This document shows, piece by piece, positions 44,238 to 55,111 of a stretch of DNA of 64,000 bases. The position numbers and the translations under genes were made by a program. The stretch's first letter is position 1, and the number at the start of each line of letters is the position of its first letter. Below the pieces are notes generated by a model. The model searched no databases. It was not told the origin of the DNA and worked only from the letters and a program-made list of their open reading frames with translations. The stretch is taken from NCBI GenBank assembly GCA_963764725.1, contig CAVXTM010000001.1, positions 320,001 through 384,000 of the forward strand, given 5' to 3'. The DNA comes from an uncultured Gammaproteobacteria bacterium. GTDB taxonomy: Bacteria; Pseudomonadota; Gammaproteobacteria; JACCXJ01.

Positions 44238-45686
44238 ATGAGATCCTTCCTCGCAAAGTTCACCGTATTGGGCGGCGCTGCCCCGGAGCTATGGGTTATC
44301 TTCGCAAGCAAGGTGCTGGCAATCCTCGCCTACAGCGTGATGAACATGACCTTGGTGCTCTGGCTCTCGGCGGACCTAGGCTATAGTGATACGGAGGCAG
44401 GCTTTCTCATCGCGGCCTGGTCGTCGCTCATGACGCTTTTCACCGTGCTGGTTGGATCCTTTGTCGATGCCGTCGGTCTGCGCCGCGCCCTGCTGCTTGG
44501 TTTCGCCATTAGCATGCTCTCACGAACGATCATGACGTCTACCACGGTAGGTTGGCTCGCGCTCTCGCTCGGGCTCATGCCGCTAGCACTGGGTGAGGCC
44601 TTATTGACACCGGTCATGGTCGCCGCGGTCAAGCGCTTCTCCACGACGCGCCAGCGCTCGATGGCCTTTTCGATATTCTATACGGCGATGAACGTTGGGT
44701 TCGCGGGCGCCGGCTGGATCTTCGACGCGGTACGCGAGCAACTCGGCGAATACGGCAACTACAAACTCCCACTGATCGAGGCCACGCTGAGCACCTATCG
44801 CACGCTGTTCCTCGTAAGCGTGGTCTTGTCCGGCATCGGCTTAATCGCGGTATATCTTAGTCTTCGGGATGAGGTCGAGGTCACCGATGCGGGCGCCGGG
44901 AGGAACGATCTTGAGACTCGCCCCGTCTTCGCCTACCGCGGCGCGCTACCACGAGCAATGCGCCTATTTACCGGGCTCTGGCAGCAACCCGCGTTCTATC
45001 GTTTTCTGGTCTTTTTAACGCTGGTCGTGGGCGTGCGCCTCATCTTCTACCACATGTACTACACCTTTCCCAAATTCGGCATCCGCGAGCTCGGTGCGGG
45101 CGCCCCGATCGGACAGTTATTCGGGGTTCTGAACGCCGTGATGATCATCGCCCTCGTGCCGGTGGTCGGGGCGCTCACGCAGGGGATACCGGCCTACCGC
45201 ATGGTCAGCTTCGGCAGCCTCATCGCGGCGCTTTCGGTATTTTTCATCGCCGTACCGCCCGCGATCTTCGAGCCGCTCGCCACCAGCCGGGTGGGCGATC
45301 TCATCGTTCACACCTGGCTGAAGATCCCAGGAATCGTGGATCCCCTCTACATGGGTATTTTCCTGTTCGTCTGTTTTCTCTCCCTCGGGGAAGCGCTGTG
45401 GTCACCGAAGCTCTACGAGTATACGGCCGCGATCGCTCCGCAAGGCCAAGAGGCCTCCTACATGTCGCTCTCCTTCCTGCCGTTTTTCATCGCAAAGTTC
45501 TTCGTCGGGATGCTCTCCGGCTTTCTGCTCGGGAACTATTGTCCCGAGACAGGCCCGCGCGATTGCGAAACGTTATGGTTGCTCGTCGGACTCATGGCGC
45601 TCATCACGCCCCTCGGTCTGTTCGCGTTGCGGCGATATCTTCAGGGCGACGAGCCGGAACGCGTCGGCATTAGGCCCACCGCTTGA
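44238..45686 (+). CDS. MFS transporter (POT/peptide transporter-like)
   Basis: About 12 hydrophobic segments, GSFVDAVGLRR motif A, AFSIFYTAMNVG, LGEALWSP. Confidence 0.8.
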   Translation: MRSFLAKFTVLGGAAPELWVIFASKVLAILAYSVMNMTLVLWLSADLGYSDTEAGFLIAAWSSLMTLFTVLVGSFVDAVGLRRALLLGFAISMLSRTIMTSTTVGWLALSLGLMPLALGEALLTPVMVAAVKRFSTTRQRSMAFSIFYTAMNVGFAGAGWIFDAVREQLGEYGNYKLPLIEATLSTYRTLFLVSVVLSGIGLIAVYLSLRDEVEVTDAGAGRNDLETRPVFAYRGALPRAMRLFTGLWQQPAFYRFLVFLTLVVGVRLIFYHMYYTFPKFGIRELGAGAPIGQLFGVLNAVMIIALVPVVGALTQGIPAYRMVSFGSLIAALSVFFIAVPPAIFEPLATSRVGDLIVHTWLKIPGIVDPLYMGIFLFVCFLSLGEALWSPKLYEYTAAIAPQGQEASYMSLSFLPFFIAKFFVGMLSGFLLGNYCPETGPRDCETLWLLVGLMALITPLGLFALRRYLQGDEPERVGIRPTA

Positions 45687-45829
45687 TGCCTCGAGCGTAC
45701 GACACGCACGGGCGGTTCATCGGCGCACTGTTGGGGGGTGGTTCGGTTGAATTAATCAATTCCTTCGCCGATAACACGGCAAAATCTGAGCTCCCCACGG
45801 CGTTTTTTGACCCAAGAAAGTCTTCCTCG

Positions 45830-47137
45830 ATGCCAAGCTTCTTGATTGTCTCCGATACGGAGGATTTCCGCGTGCTGCTCGCGCAGCTGCTCGCAATTGA
45901 GTGGCCAGACGTGGAGGTAGAGGATTGGGAGCTTAGCTCGGGGGACAATACCCCCACACCTTGGCCGAGGGTCGACCTCCTGCTGCTCGACTGTGGCGCG
46001 AGCCATTGCGAGAGTTTGGAATGGTTCCGTGGAGCACCTGGCGATCCCGAGCGGCCGCCGACCATTGCCCTGACCGACCCCGAGGACAGCGAAGCGGCGG
46101 CAGAGGCCACGGCCCTCGGCGCCGTGGCGTGCCTGTCGCGGAGGGACATATCCAGGGTGCGACTAACCGCGGCGATTAACGCTGTGCTGCAGCGGCAAAT
46201 CGCGGGCGAAGCCTCAGCCGAAGCCGCCGTGGACTCGGAGAAAACCCTGCTGTTGTCCGAGCTTGGGGTCGAACCCATTCCAAGCGCGACGGTCGCGGAT
46301 CCACCCGGTTCCGGCGATCACGCGCGCATAAAGATCGATGGCTACCAGGTGATCAGGGAACTCTCTAAAGGCGGCATGTCCATCATCTTCCTGGCGAAGC
46401 ACTTGCGGGCCGGGACAACGGTGGCCTTGAAGGTACTGGACGACAAACTGCTTGAGGATGAACAGTTCATCACGCTGTTCATACGCGAGTATGGTCTGAT
46501 CGCCAGCATCCAAAGCCGTTACGTGGTCAAGATCTACGATCAGGGATTCACCGATTTGCACGCCTACATCGTGATGGAGTACTTCTGCCACGGCGCGCTT
46601 AAGGAGCGTCTCAAGAGCAGGGTGTTCGCGCGCCACGAGGCGATGGCCGTATTTTACGAGATCCTGATGTCCCTGCGGGACATACACGCACACGGTATCG
46701 TACACCACGATCTAAAACCCCAGAACATCATGTTCCGGAGCGACGGTGGCTTGGCGTTGATCGACTTTGGGATCTCCACACGGCTCGATACAGAACCCGA
46801 GCAAGCGGTTTTGGGCACGGAGACCCTACTCGGCACGCCCCACTACATGAGCCCCGAGCAATGCGAGGGGCGGCAGGGCGATCACCGCAGCGATCTCTAT
46901 AGCACGGGCGCCATCCTCTACGAAATGCTCACCGGCGCCAAGCCGTTCACTGCGCGGGATTGGGCCGCTTTGCTGCGCCAGCACATCAACGCGCCAATTC
47001 CGCGTTTACCGCCCCAACTATCGGCTTATCAAGCCTTAGTCGACCGCTTGCTCGCCAAGCGGCCCGAGGATCGCTATCAATCCGCCAGCGAAGTGATCGA
47101 GGCAGTCGATCGAAGCTTCGTGGCTCACGCAGCCTGA
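45830..47137 (+). CDS. Receiver domain-Ser/Thr (Hanks) protein kinase fusion
   Basis: N-terminal REC-like fold (FLIVSD...DLLLLD...IALTD). Kinase motifs VALK, HHDLKPQN, DFG, GTPHYMSPE. Start trimmed to ATG 45830. Confidence 0.85.
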   Translation: MPSFLIVSDTEDFRVLLAQLLAIEWPDVEVEDWELSSGDNTPTPWPRVDLLLLDCGASHCESLEWFRGAPGDPERPPTIALTDPEDSEAAAEATALGAVACLSRRDISRVRLTAAINAVLQRQIAGEASAEAAVDSEKTLLLSELGVEPIPSATVADPPGSGDHARIKIDGYQVIRELSKGGMSIIFLAKHLRAGTTVALKVLDDKLLEDEQFITLFIREYGLIASIQSRYVVKIYDQGFTDLHAYIVMEYFCHGALKERLKSRVFARHEAMAVFYEILMSLRDIHAHGIVHHDLKPQNIMFRSDGGLALIDFGISTRLDTEPEQAVLGTETLLGTPHYMSPEQCEGRQGDHRSDLYSTGAILYEMLTGAKPFTARDWAALLRQHINAPIPRLPPQLSAYQALVDRLLAKRPEDRYQSASEVIEAVDRSFVAHAA

Positions 47138-47171
47138 ACCGCGTGAACCGGCGCAGACTGGGTGCTCGCCG

Positions 47172-50100
47172 TCATGCCGCGGGACGCTGTACGAAACCGG
47201 CGATTTGGTCAAGTAACTGTTGCTCTACGTAGGGCTTTCCGAGGTAGGCATCTACCCCTAAACCCAAGGCGTGCCGGCGATGCTTTTCCGCCGCGCGCGA
47301 AGTGATCATGATGATCGGTACACGCGCCGTTCTTGGGTTCTGCTTGAGCTTGCGGGTGAGATCGAATCCGTCCATGCGCGGCATTTCTATGTCTAGCAGA
47401 ATCACATCGGGCAGCCTGACGGCCATTTGCTCCATGGCATCCATTCCATCGCGGGCGGTCGTGACCTCGTAACCGTGTCGTGACAGCAAGCGTTTCGTGA
47501 ACTTCCTGACGGTCAGAGAATCGTCCACGACCATAACCAGCGGCGCCACCTGTGCCCGGGCACTGGGGAAATCGGCCGCGCGCGGCGCCGCGATCGCCGC
47601 CTCGCCCCGATGCGCTAGCTGGACTGGATTTAGGATTAGAACGCTGCGCCCATCACCCAGCGCTGTCGCACCGAGAATCCCCGGGACCCCGCTGAGCTGC
47701 GGACCCACGCCCTTGATAATGACCTCGCGGTTGCCAATGACCTCATCGACTAAAACCGCGGCGCGCCCGCCGCCCTCGCGGAGCAGCAAGACCTTCTGTT
47801 GGCGTATGGCACTCACCACGCACGCCGAATCCCCGAGGAGTCGGGGCAGATAATAGACTTCTGGGTACTCGCGGCTAGCATGAACAAAAGGGCTGCGATG
47901 CTCATTCCCTTCCCGGTGCTCGACGTTCGCTTCAAGAATTAACTCGAACATGGCCGAGGGGATAGCGTAAAGGGCGCTCCCGGCACGCACAAGGACCGCA
48001 TGCACCATGCTGTGGGTGACCGGCAGAAACAAGGAAAAGCAGGCGCCGGCGCCTGCTTCAGAGCGTACCTCGATACGGCCTCCCGCGGCGGCGACGGCAT
48101 TCAGCACCGCATCCATGCCCACACCACGGCCGGCGAGCCCGGTCACCACTTCGGCGGTCGTAAACCCAGGAGAAAAGATGAGACGCATCGCTTCTTCATC
48201 GCTGAGCGGCGGGCCCTGTCCGATCAGACCCTTCTCCTCGGCCTTGGCGCGTAGGCGCGCCGGATCGACCCCTGCGCCATCATCGGCTACCGTGATAACG
48301 ATGCCAGGCGACGCCTGGCGAACGGTTAAAACCACCTTGCCGCGTTCTGGTTTGCCCGCCCCCACGCGGACAGCGGGGCTCTCAATGCCATGCACAACGG
48401 CGTTTCGCAAGAGGTGCTCGAGCGGTGCCACGAGCTGGTCTAAGACTGCGCGATCGAATTCAAGGTGCTCGCCATGGATCACAAGACCCACGTCCTTGCC
48501 GACCTCGCGGGCGGCTTGCCGCACGACCCGGTAGAGGCGGTCCGCCACGCTTCGCAATGCTAACGCGCGAACGCACATGAGGTCCTGATGGTGTTGCCGG
48601 GTGATGCGCCCTTGTTCGGCGAGGGCGGCGCCGATGCGTTCGATAGCCTGGTCTAGATGCTCGTGCAGAATGCGGCTGTCGCTGATGCTTTCGGCCATCA
48701 TGCGCGTGATCTCCTGGACGTGCGTATAGCGGTCCAGCTCCAACGGATCGAATCCATCGGTGCTCGCTTGGCGCTCGGGAAGGCGCGAATGAATCTGGCT
48801 TTCGGTTTGGATTTCAATGTCGTGCTGCTGTTCCCGTAAACGCGCAAAAACGCCCAAAAGGTCCTCAAGCCCGCGCTTGAGTTGCGCCATTTCGGCCTCG
48901 ACCAGCGAACGCCCGATGCTGATTTCGCCCGCCTGATTCAGCAATCGCTCAACCGTGTGTACGCGTACTCTCAATAGGGAATCACCGGAAGCGCTCGGCG
49001 GCGCCGTCCCGAGTAGGCTCGTGGCGTTCATTGGCGCGGCTGTCGGCGAGGCAACCGCATGCGCCGCGAGATCGCGCCGGCAGTCGAGATCGGCCCGACG
49101 ACGCTCGATGGCAACCGCCACCACATCGAAGAGATGCTCAAGATCGTCAAATTCGCTCGCCGACGGAGCACCCGTGCCGGTCAAGGCCTCCACTCGCCCC
49201 TCGAGGTGGTGGACGAGATCGCCGATGTCCGTGACACCGGCCGTATGTGCGCTGCCTTTGAAGTTGTGCAGGACGCGGAGTAGAGCCTGCGGAGCCTCGC
49301 GTTCCGACGGATCGGCTCTCCATGCGCGCAACCCGGCGCCTATGGCGGCAATGCATTCCCCGCCTTCCTCGACAAACACCGACAACATTTCTGCGTCCGC
49401 GCCCTCATTCTCATGCATTACCGCGACGAGCGATGCGACCGGTTGGGCCGGCATAAGCGGCGCTGGATCGGTTGTAGTGTCGCAGACCACCGAGTCTCCT
49501 GCCGCATTTCCGGTTGCGCTCTTGCCGGTCATTGCTTCTACCAAGGAAATGATTGCGCCGCTCACCACCGCACCCTGAGAAACGATTTCGCCGGAGGGCG
49601 CTTGCCGCTGCCGGAGCGCATCCAGGATGTCGCCAACCAGACCCAACGCCTTTTGCATGAGAACGCGGGCCGGTTCGTCGAGATGCTTCGATTGTCGGAT
49701 CAGCGCGTTCAGCCACTGCTCCAGTGCATGCGCCAGATCCCCGAGGTACGGTAGGCCGACGGCGCGGCTTATGCCTGCGAGGGTATGCGCGGGCCGTACG
49801 AAATCAGCTTCGAGCGCCGCCTCGGAGTGCTTGCTGAGTTTATCGACTTGGCCTATTAACCTGCTATGATGCTCCGCGGCCTCGCGTTGGAAAATTGCAA
49901 ATAGGGCCGCAGGAATGGCGGCGTTACCGATGACGATATCCGGCTCCACGATGTCCAAAACTATCGCCGGGATATCAGTTGCAGCCGCCAGCGCGCTGGC
50001 TTTTATACGCGCGGCGCCGGCCAGTAACTCCGCGTTGTCCGCATCAACGCAGCCATCCCGTTTGAGCGCCTGCGTCCACTTCTCGAACCGCCGCTGGGCC

Positions 50101-52001
50101 AGGACCAGGAGATCGAGCAGCGCCGGCGTTGCCGGTCTACGCAGTTCTAGCCACAAGTTCAGCAGATCCTCCAGGGCCCACGCCGATGCGCTTAGCGCAG
50201 TGAGCCCGATCATGTGGCTACTACCCTTGAGAGTGTGAAAGCTGCGCCGGATCTCGGTTAAGGCGGCATGATCGGATGAGTTCTGGAGGCAGCGCTCCAG
50301 GCGCTGGGAAAGCACCGTCACGATCTCGTCCGACTCCTCGATGAATACGGCCAAAAGATCGTCGGCCTCGTCCAATGCGGGTACGCTCGCCGTGGGTGGC
50401 ATTTGAGAGTCGCCTTCCGATGGCGCATTACCGAATGGAAGCTTCTTGAGCTTTGGGACGCCGGCGTCGGTGATTGACACCTCGGTGTCCCGTAAACCCA
50501 AGAGATCGAGCCGCTGGTAATCGGCATTGTCCCGTCGCTCCACGAGCGTTTGACAATAGAGTTCTAGGCTGCAGATAGCCTCCGCGACACGCCACGCCCG
50601 CTCCTCCGTTAGGGGGAGGTCGGGTTGCGCAAGCTCGGTAACCTGGCCGTGGATCTTGATCGCCAGATCCGCAGACCGGTCCAGTCCGAGCATGCTCAAA
50701 ACTGCGCTGCACGCGGAAAGTGACAGACCGAGAGCGTGAAGCTCACCGGCTCTCGATCGATCGACAAGAAACTCCGCCAGCACTTGCTCGGCATGCTCGA
50801 TCCGCGCGAGCACCTCATGTGCGGCTGGCGCCACCGAGTCCGCAAGCCAAAACATCGGGGAAAGCATGGTATCGGCCGCATGGGGTTCCGCGGACAGACG
50901 GGCCGTTAAAGCGTCGATCCCTGCGGCGATCGACGGGCCGATGCGAGAAAACACGCTTACGTTCTCCACCGCGAGCAACGCACCGGCGATCTCGACCGTC
51001 CATCCGGTCATGGCAGATGGCCGCGGGGTCGAGGCGCAGGCGCCGATGGCTCGCAAAAGCCCCTGCACGTTGCCGAGCGCGTGAGCGTTCTTCGCCGCCC
51101 GTGCAATCTGCTCACGGAACTCCGCGAGTATCTCGCTTCGACCTTCACACAACTGCTCCCAGGCGCTTTTTGCGGCCCGCAACGCCCCGCGAAGCTCACC
51201 TCTCCAGGGTTCCGGGATTACCCCATCGACAAGCTGGTCCGCGGTAATAGACAGCAGCGAACCTAGACCGAATGGAGCTATGGCCTCGCGTAGGGGGGCG
51301 CCGCCCGTTGGGGGCACCGCGATCAGGGCCAGAATATCGCAGAGCAACAGGGCGTCGCCCGCCAAAGACCCTGAGCGCAGGCGTCTTAGCTGCTGTTCAA
51401 TGCGTGCGCAAAGTTTCTTGGTGCTTGCGTGTCCCGGTATGATGCCCAGGCGCAGGCATTCAATGAAGATCGCCGCCAAGCCCCACAAGCTTCGATGGGG
51501 TGCAGGCCACAGGCGCGCGACACGGACGAGCCCCTGATGCATCGATTCGATGCCCGTGGACTCGTCGCGCAGCCAGCCTAGCAGCCCACGCTGATACGTC
51601 TCGTGGCCGCGCCTGAGCAATGTCTCGGCGTCGCTATCGGGCTGCTCCTCTTGGAACTCTTGCAGCAGCGGGTGCAGCGTGGTCGCGGTACCAGTTTCAA
51701 GCTCGCTGGCCACGGCACCGAGGCATCCCACTGCGACGGCTACGGCCTTCGCATCCGACGATGCACCGCTCACGGCAATCTCGGCGAGCTCTAGGAAAAA
51801 ACGCGCCTGCACCGGCGCCCCGACCATCTCAAGAACCCCGGCCACCCGGCGTAGCCTCATCCCCACTTGCCGCGACGCCGTGTCATCGGGCAAGCCGGTT
51901 GAACACCGTTCCATGACCTCCGTGGCCTGGGCGAATTCCGCGCTTAGCGTACTCGTCACAATTCCGAACCGCCCGGGTGCTAAAGAATCTGCACTGTTCA
52001 T
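47172..52001 (-). CDS. chpA: ChpA/PilL-like chemosensory histidine kinase (multi-Hpt, HATPase, CheW, REC)
   Basis: Hpt motifs HTLKG, HTLAG, HNFKG. Also FDPLELDRY, HLLRNAVVHG, GRGVGMD and a C-terminal REC (VVDDS, LDIEMP). Confidence 0.9.
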   Translation of the reverse strand: MNSADSLAPGRFGIVTSTLSAEFAQATEVMERCSTGLPDDTASRQVGMRLRRVAGVLEMVGAPVQARFFLELAEIAVSGASSDAKAVAVAVGCLGAVASELETGTATTLHPLLQEFQEEQPDSDAETLLRRGHETYQRGLLGWLRDESTGIESMHQGLVRVARLWPAPHRSLWGLAAIFIECLRLGIIPGHASTKKLCARIEQQLRRLRSGSLAGDALLLCDILALIAVPPTGGAPLREAIAPFGLGSLLSITADQLVDGVIPEPWRGELRGALRAAKSAWEQLCEGRSEILAEFREQIARAAKNAHALGNVQGLLRAIGACASTPRPSAMTGWTVEIAGALLAVENVSVFSRIGPSIAAGIDALTARLSAEPHAADTMLSPMFWLADSVAPAAHEVLARIEHAEQVLAEFLVDRSRAGELHALGLSLSACSAVLSMLGLDRSADLAIKIHGQVTELAQPDLPLTEERAWRVAEAICSLELYCQTLVERRDNADYQRLDLLGLRDTEVSITDAGVPKLKKLPFGNAPSEGDSQMPPTASVPALDEADDLLAVFIEESDEIVTVLSQRLERCLQNSSDHAALTEIRRSFHTLKGSSHMIGLTALSASAWALEDLLNLWLELRRPATPALLDLLVLAQRRFEKWTQALKRDGCVDADNAELLAGAARIKASALAAATDIPAIVLDIVEPDIVIGNAAIPAALFAIFQREAAEHHSRLIGQVDKLSKHSEAALEADFVRPAHTLAGISRAVGLPYLGDLAHALEQWLNALIRQSKHLDEPARVLMQKALGLVGDILDALRQRQAPSGEIVSQGAVVSGAIISLVEAMTGKSATGNAAGDSVVCDTTTDPAPLMPAQPVASLVAVMHENEGADAEMLSVFVEEGGECIAAIGAGLRAWRADPSEREAPQALLRVLHNFKGSAHTAGVTDIGDLVHHLEGRVEALTGTGAPSASEFDDLEHLFDVVAVAIERRRADLDCRRDLAAHAVASPTAAPMNATSLLGTAPPSASGDSLLRVRVHTVERLLNQAGEISIGRSLVEAEMAQLKRGLEDLLGVFARLREQQHDIEIQTESQIHSRLPERQASTDGFDPLELDRYTHVQEITRMMAESISDSRILHEHLDQAIERIGAALAEQGRITRQHHQDLMCVRALALRSVADRLYRVVRQAAREVGKDVGLVIHGEHLEFDRAVLDQLVAPLEHLLRNAVVHGIESPAVRVGAGKPERGKVVLTVRQASPGIVITVADDGAGVDPARLRAKAEEKGLIGQGPPLSDEEAMRLIFSPGFTTAEVVTGLAGRGVGMDAVLNAVAAAGGRIEVRSEAGAGACFSLFLPVTHSMVHAVLVRAGSALYAIPSAMFELILEANVEHREGNEHRSPFVHASREYPEVYYLPRLLGDSACVVSAIRQQKVLLLREGGGRAAVLVDEVIGNREVIIKGVGPQLSGVPGILGATALGDGRSVLILNPVQLAHRGEAAIAAPRAADFPSARAQVAPLVMVVDDSLTVRKFTKRLLSRHGYEVTTARDGMDAMEQMAVRLPDVILLDIEMPRMDGFDLTRKLKQNPRTARVPIIMITSRAAEKHRRHALGLGVDAYLGKPYVEQQLLDQIAGFVQRPAA

Positions 52002-52025
52002 CGGATTCGCCTCCGCGCCATCGAA

Positions 52026-54119
52026 CTACAGCCGGAATCTGGCCACCGATCCGCGTAGTGTGCGGGCCGTTTCCCCGACCTTGATGACAGAGGTTACGAT
52101 TTGCTCGGCGCCGGCCGTCGTTTTATCCGTAACCTCCAGGATCTGAGCCATACCGAATGAGACTTGTTCGGCGATTTCGGTCTGCTTTTGCGTGGCCACC
52201 GAGATCGACTGAACCAGGTTTGCGAGCCGCGGCGTAACGTTTTGGATATCTAAGAGTGCTTGATTGACGGCCGCGGATAGTTTGGTTCCTTCTACTACCT
52301 GCTTGGTGCTTTGTTCCATGGCAACCACCGCATCGGTGGTATCGGCCTGAATGCTCTTGACGCGTGCGGCGATCTCTTTGGTAGCTTTCGTAGAGCGCTC
52401 GGCCAGGCGTTGCACCTCTTCGGCCACGATCGTGAAGCCGCGGCCCGCTTCGCCCGCGGCCGCCGCCTGGATCGCCGCGTTCAAGGCGAGCACATTAGTT
52501 TGCTCGGTAATGTTATCGATAAGGGAGACGATGTCGCCGATCTCCTGCGAGCTCTCCCCGAGACGCTTGATGCGCTTGGCCGTCTCCTGGATCTGCGCGC
52601 GGATCTCATCCATGTTGGCGATGGTGGAACGCACGGCCTCGGCCCCGCCGTTGGCGGCGTTGAGCGACAGCATGGCCACGTCCGCGCAACGCGAGGCGTT
52701 TTCCGATATTTCCGTGATCGACTGAGCCATTGTCTGTACCGAGGCGGCGGTTTGTTTGATCTGCTCCGACTGATCCGTCGTGGAGACGGCTAGCACGTTG
52801 GCGATGGCACGGCCACGTTCCGTGGAGGCCTTGACTTGCGCCGATGCCTTGTCGATGCCCTGGACTAGGTCACGAAGCGCCTCAATCGTCACGTTGATGG
52901 AGTCCGCGATGGCGCCGGTGATCTCCGCGCTTACCGTGGCCCGCGCCGCCAAGTTGCCGCTGGCGACCTCACCGAGCTCATTCATGAGCAGCAGGATCGC
53001 CTGTTGGCTTCGCTTGTTTTCAAACGCCACGCGCTGCGCTTCCCGGTCGCGTTCCGCCGCGGCCCGTCGCTGAGCCCGGCTCAGCGCGCCCAAGGCCGCG
53101 ATCGCGGCAAAGCAAAACCCGGCAGCGAGCGCGAGCTGCGTCCACAGCGTCGCCCTGAGATCGGTCATTCTGGCAGCTAAGCTCTCGTTCAAGGCCGCGG
53201 CGGTCGCGCGTGCGAGCGCTAACAGACTATCCAGGGCCCCGACGATAGCGTCGCTCCGGCCGTCAGAATTGACGCTGGTTTCGTTCACCGCCCCAGCATG
53301 GCCCGGAAACACGGCGGCCGATCCGGAGATCGGAGGATCGATCGGCGCGAACGTTGCTAAATCGATGAGCGAGACATGGGCAGCCTTGGCCGTGGACCGG
53401 ACCGTATGCCGAAACGAACCATCGACGCCGGTTGCGCGTTTCACGCTGTCCTGCAATTGCTCGGCGAGCATCGCGATCACGCCCGAATTCCAAGCCTCCG
53501 TGATCCCACACACGACCGCCGGTATGTTTCGTGTCAAGATTTCCTGTAGATAATAAGTATCGGGGTCTGGGTCGATTGTCAGATGCGATCGGTCGGCCAC
53601 GTCGCGAATCAGCGCGGCGATCCGCTTCATAAGGGTGCCTGTCGCGACTTGGCGTTCGGCGGCGTCCATGCCGACAAGGCCGCTCATGATCCGGCGCCAG
53701 TCGGCCTCCGATTGTCTCCAAAGCTGTCCGATTCCCAGGATCGCTCCGAGACGCGTGTCGGCCGCGCTCGCCGCTTGGCGCGCTTCATCGATTGGTTTTG
53801 TAAGCTCACGGTCGGACTCACGTGTGCCACCGGGACCCGGGACGGCTATCCACGCACGATAGGCTTGCAAGCTCCGCTCAAGTTCGAGCAAAGGGACGAG
53901 GTAATCGACCCCCATCCTTTGTTTCCGGGCAAGGTCGATGCGCGCATTCAGATCGGTGCTGACGAGGTAGATCACGGCGCAAACGGGTAACACGAAAAGC
54001 ATCCCGGTGATCCAGTACGCTCGGTACAGACGGGTTCGCTGGAATTGGAAGCGCGATGCCTTTGAATCCTCGCATTTAGTCTCTGGCGGTAGACTTAGCG
54101 TACTCGCTTCAGCACTCAT
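52026..54119 (-). CDS. pilJ: PilJ-like methyl-accepting chemotaxis protein
   Basis: Two TMs, [36 protein letters not shown]. Confidence 0.88.
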   Translation of the reverse strand: MSAEASTLSLPPETKCEDSKASRFQFQRTRLYRAYWITGMLFVLPVCAVIYLVSTDLNARIDLARKQRMGVDYLVPLLELERSLQAYRAWIAVPGPGGTRESDRELTKPIDEARQAASAADTRLGAILGIGQLWRQSEADWRRIMSGLVGMDAAERQVATGTLMKRIAALIRDVADRSHLTIDPDPDTYYLQEILTRNIPAVVCGITEAWNSGVIAMLAEQLQDSVKRATGVDGSFRHTVRSTAKAAHVSLIDLATFAPIDPPISGSAAVFPGHAGAVNETSVNSDGRSDAIVGALDSLLALARATAAALNESLAARMTDLRATLWTQLALAAGFCFAAIAALGALSRAQRRAAAERDREAQRVAFENKRSQQAILLLMNELGEVASGNLAARATVSAEITGAIADSINVTIEALRDLVQGIDKASAQVKASTERGRAIANVLAVSTTDQSEQIKQTAASVQTMAQSITEISENASRCADVAMLSLNAANGGAEAVRSTIANMDEIRAQIQETAKRIKRLGESSQEIGDIVSLIDNITEQTNVLALNAAIQAAAAGEAGRGFTIVAEEVQRLAERSTKATKEIAARVKSIQADTTDAVVAMEQSTKQVVEGTKLSAAVNQALLDIQNVTPRLANLVQSISVATQKQTEIAEQVSFGMAQILEVTDKTTAGAEQIVTSVIKVGETARTLRGSVARFRL

Positions 54120-54192
54120 AGTATTCGCCTGTACGAGACGGTCCTACAGGGCCGGGCAACGGTCGCTTGATCCTGTTTGTGGTGAAGCGCGA

Positions 54193-54723
54193 TCATGCGC
54201 GGTCGCTTCGGTTCGCCGCCTGATAGAAATCCGGATCGGCAGCCAAGCGGGTCATATCGATCCTTCGCCACACCGCCCCGGCTTCGTCAACACGCTCCCC
54301 CGCATGCCACGGAAACTGGTCGCCTTGGCCGGCGTCACGCGGGACCTCCCCGACCCGCCGCAGTCCAAGGACGCGGGAGACCAGCAGACCGAACGGTACA
54401 GTGAGCCGCGGACTGGCGAGGATGATGCGGCTTTCCAAAGTGAGCGGTGTAATGCTTGCCTGCGTGCGAAACGCGGCTAGATCCACAATGCTGTAAAAGG
54501 TACCGCGGACATGGGCAAGACCCCGAAACCAGGGTTTGGTGTGAGGGACGGCTACCAGCGCGGGCACCGGTAACACTTCGCTAATATCGAGTAAATCGCA
54601 CTCCCAACGTTCTTCGCCCGCCTGGATACCGAGCGCTGAGCGACCGGGCGTGGTCTTTACCGTGCCCTGTAAGCGCGCCGCAAGCCGCTTCTGGAATTCC
54701 ACTAACCTTATTCGCTCCAGCAT
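54193..54723 (-). CDS. pilI: CheW-like adaptor PilI
   Basis: VPHTKPWFRGLAHVRG, GLLVSRVLGLR, between pilH and pilJ. Confidence 0.88.
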   Translation of the reverse strand: MLERIRLVEFQKRLAARLQGTVKTTPGRSALGIQAGEERWECDLLDISEVLPVPALVAVPHTKPWFRGLAHVRGTFYSIVDLAAFRTQASITPLTLESRIILASPRLTVPFGLLVSRVLGLRRVGEVPRDAGQGDQFPWHAGERVDEAGAVWRRIDMTRLAADPDFYQAANRSDRA

Positions 54724-54727
54724 AGCT

Positions 54728-55093
54728 TTACGACAAAGCTTGGATCTTGCCGAGCAGTTCCGTGGCGTTGATCGGCTTGATCACATAGTCTCGCGCCCCC
54801 TGGCGCAATCCCCAAGTCTTATCGGTTTCCTGACCCTTGGTGGTGCAGATGATGATGGGGATATGCTGCGTTGCCTGATCCCTCACGATCGTGCGGGTGG
54901 CCTGGAAACCGTTGATTCCGGGCATCACGATGTCCATCAGGATCAAATCGGGCAGCAACTGCTTGGAACGGGCGATGGCTTCTTCCCCGCTCTTGGCCAT
55001 GAGGACGGCATAGTGATTCTTGGTCAGAATTTCCGCCAGAACCGCGCGGTCAGTGGGCGAATCGTCCACGACGAGAACATTTTTAATCGGCAT
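54728..55093 (-). CDS. pilH: Single-domain response regulator PilH
   Basis: VVDDSPT, MDIVMPGINGFQATR, QETDKTWGLRQGA. Confidence 0.92.
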   Translation of the reverse strand: MPIKNVLVVDDSPTDRAVLAEILTKNHYAVLMAKSGEEAIARSKQLLPDLILMDIVMPGINGFQATRTIVRDQATQHIPIIICTTKGQETDKTWGLRQGARDYVIKPINATELLGKIQALS

Positions 55094-55111
55094 GTCCGCC
55101 AAGCACTCAGA

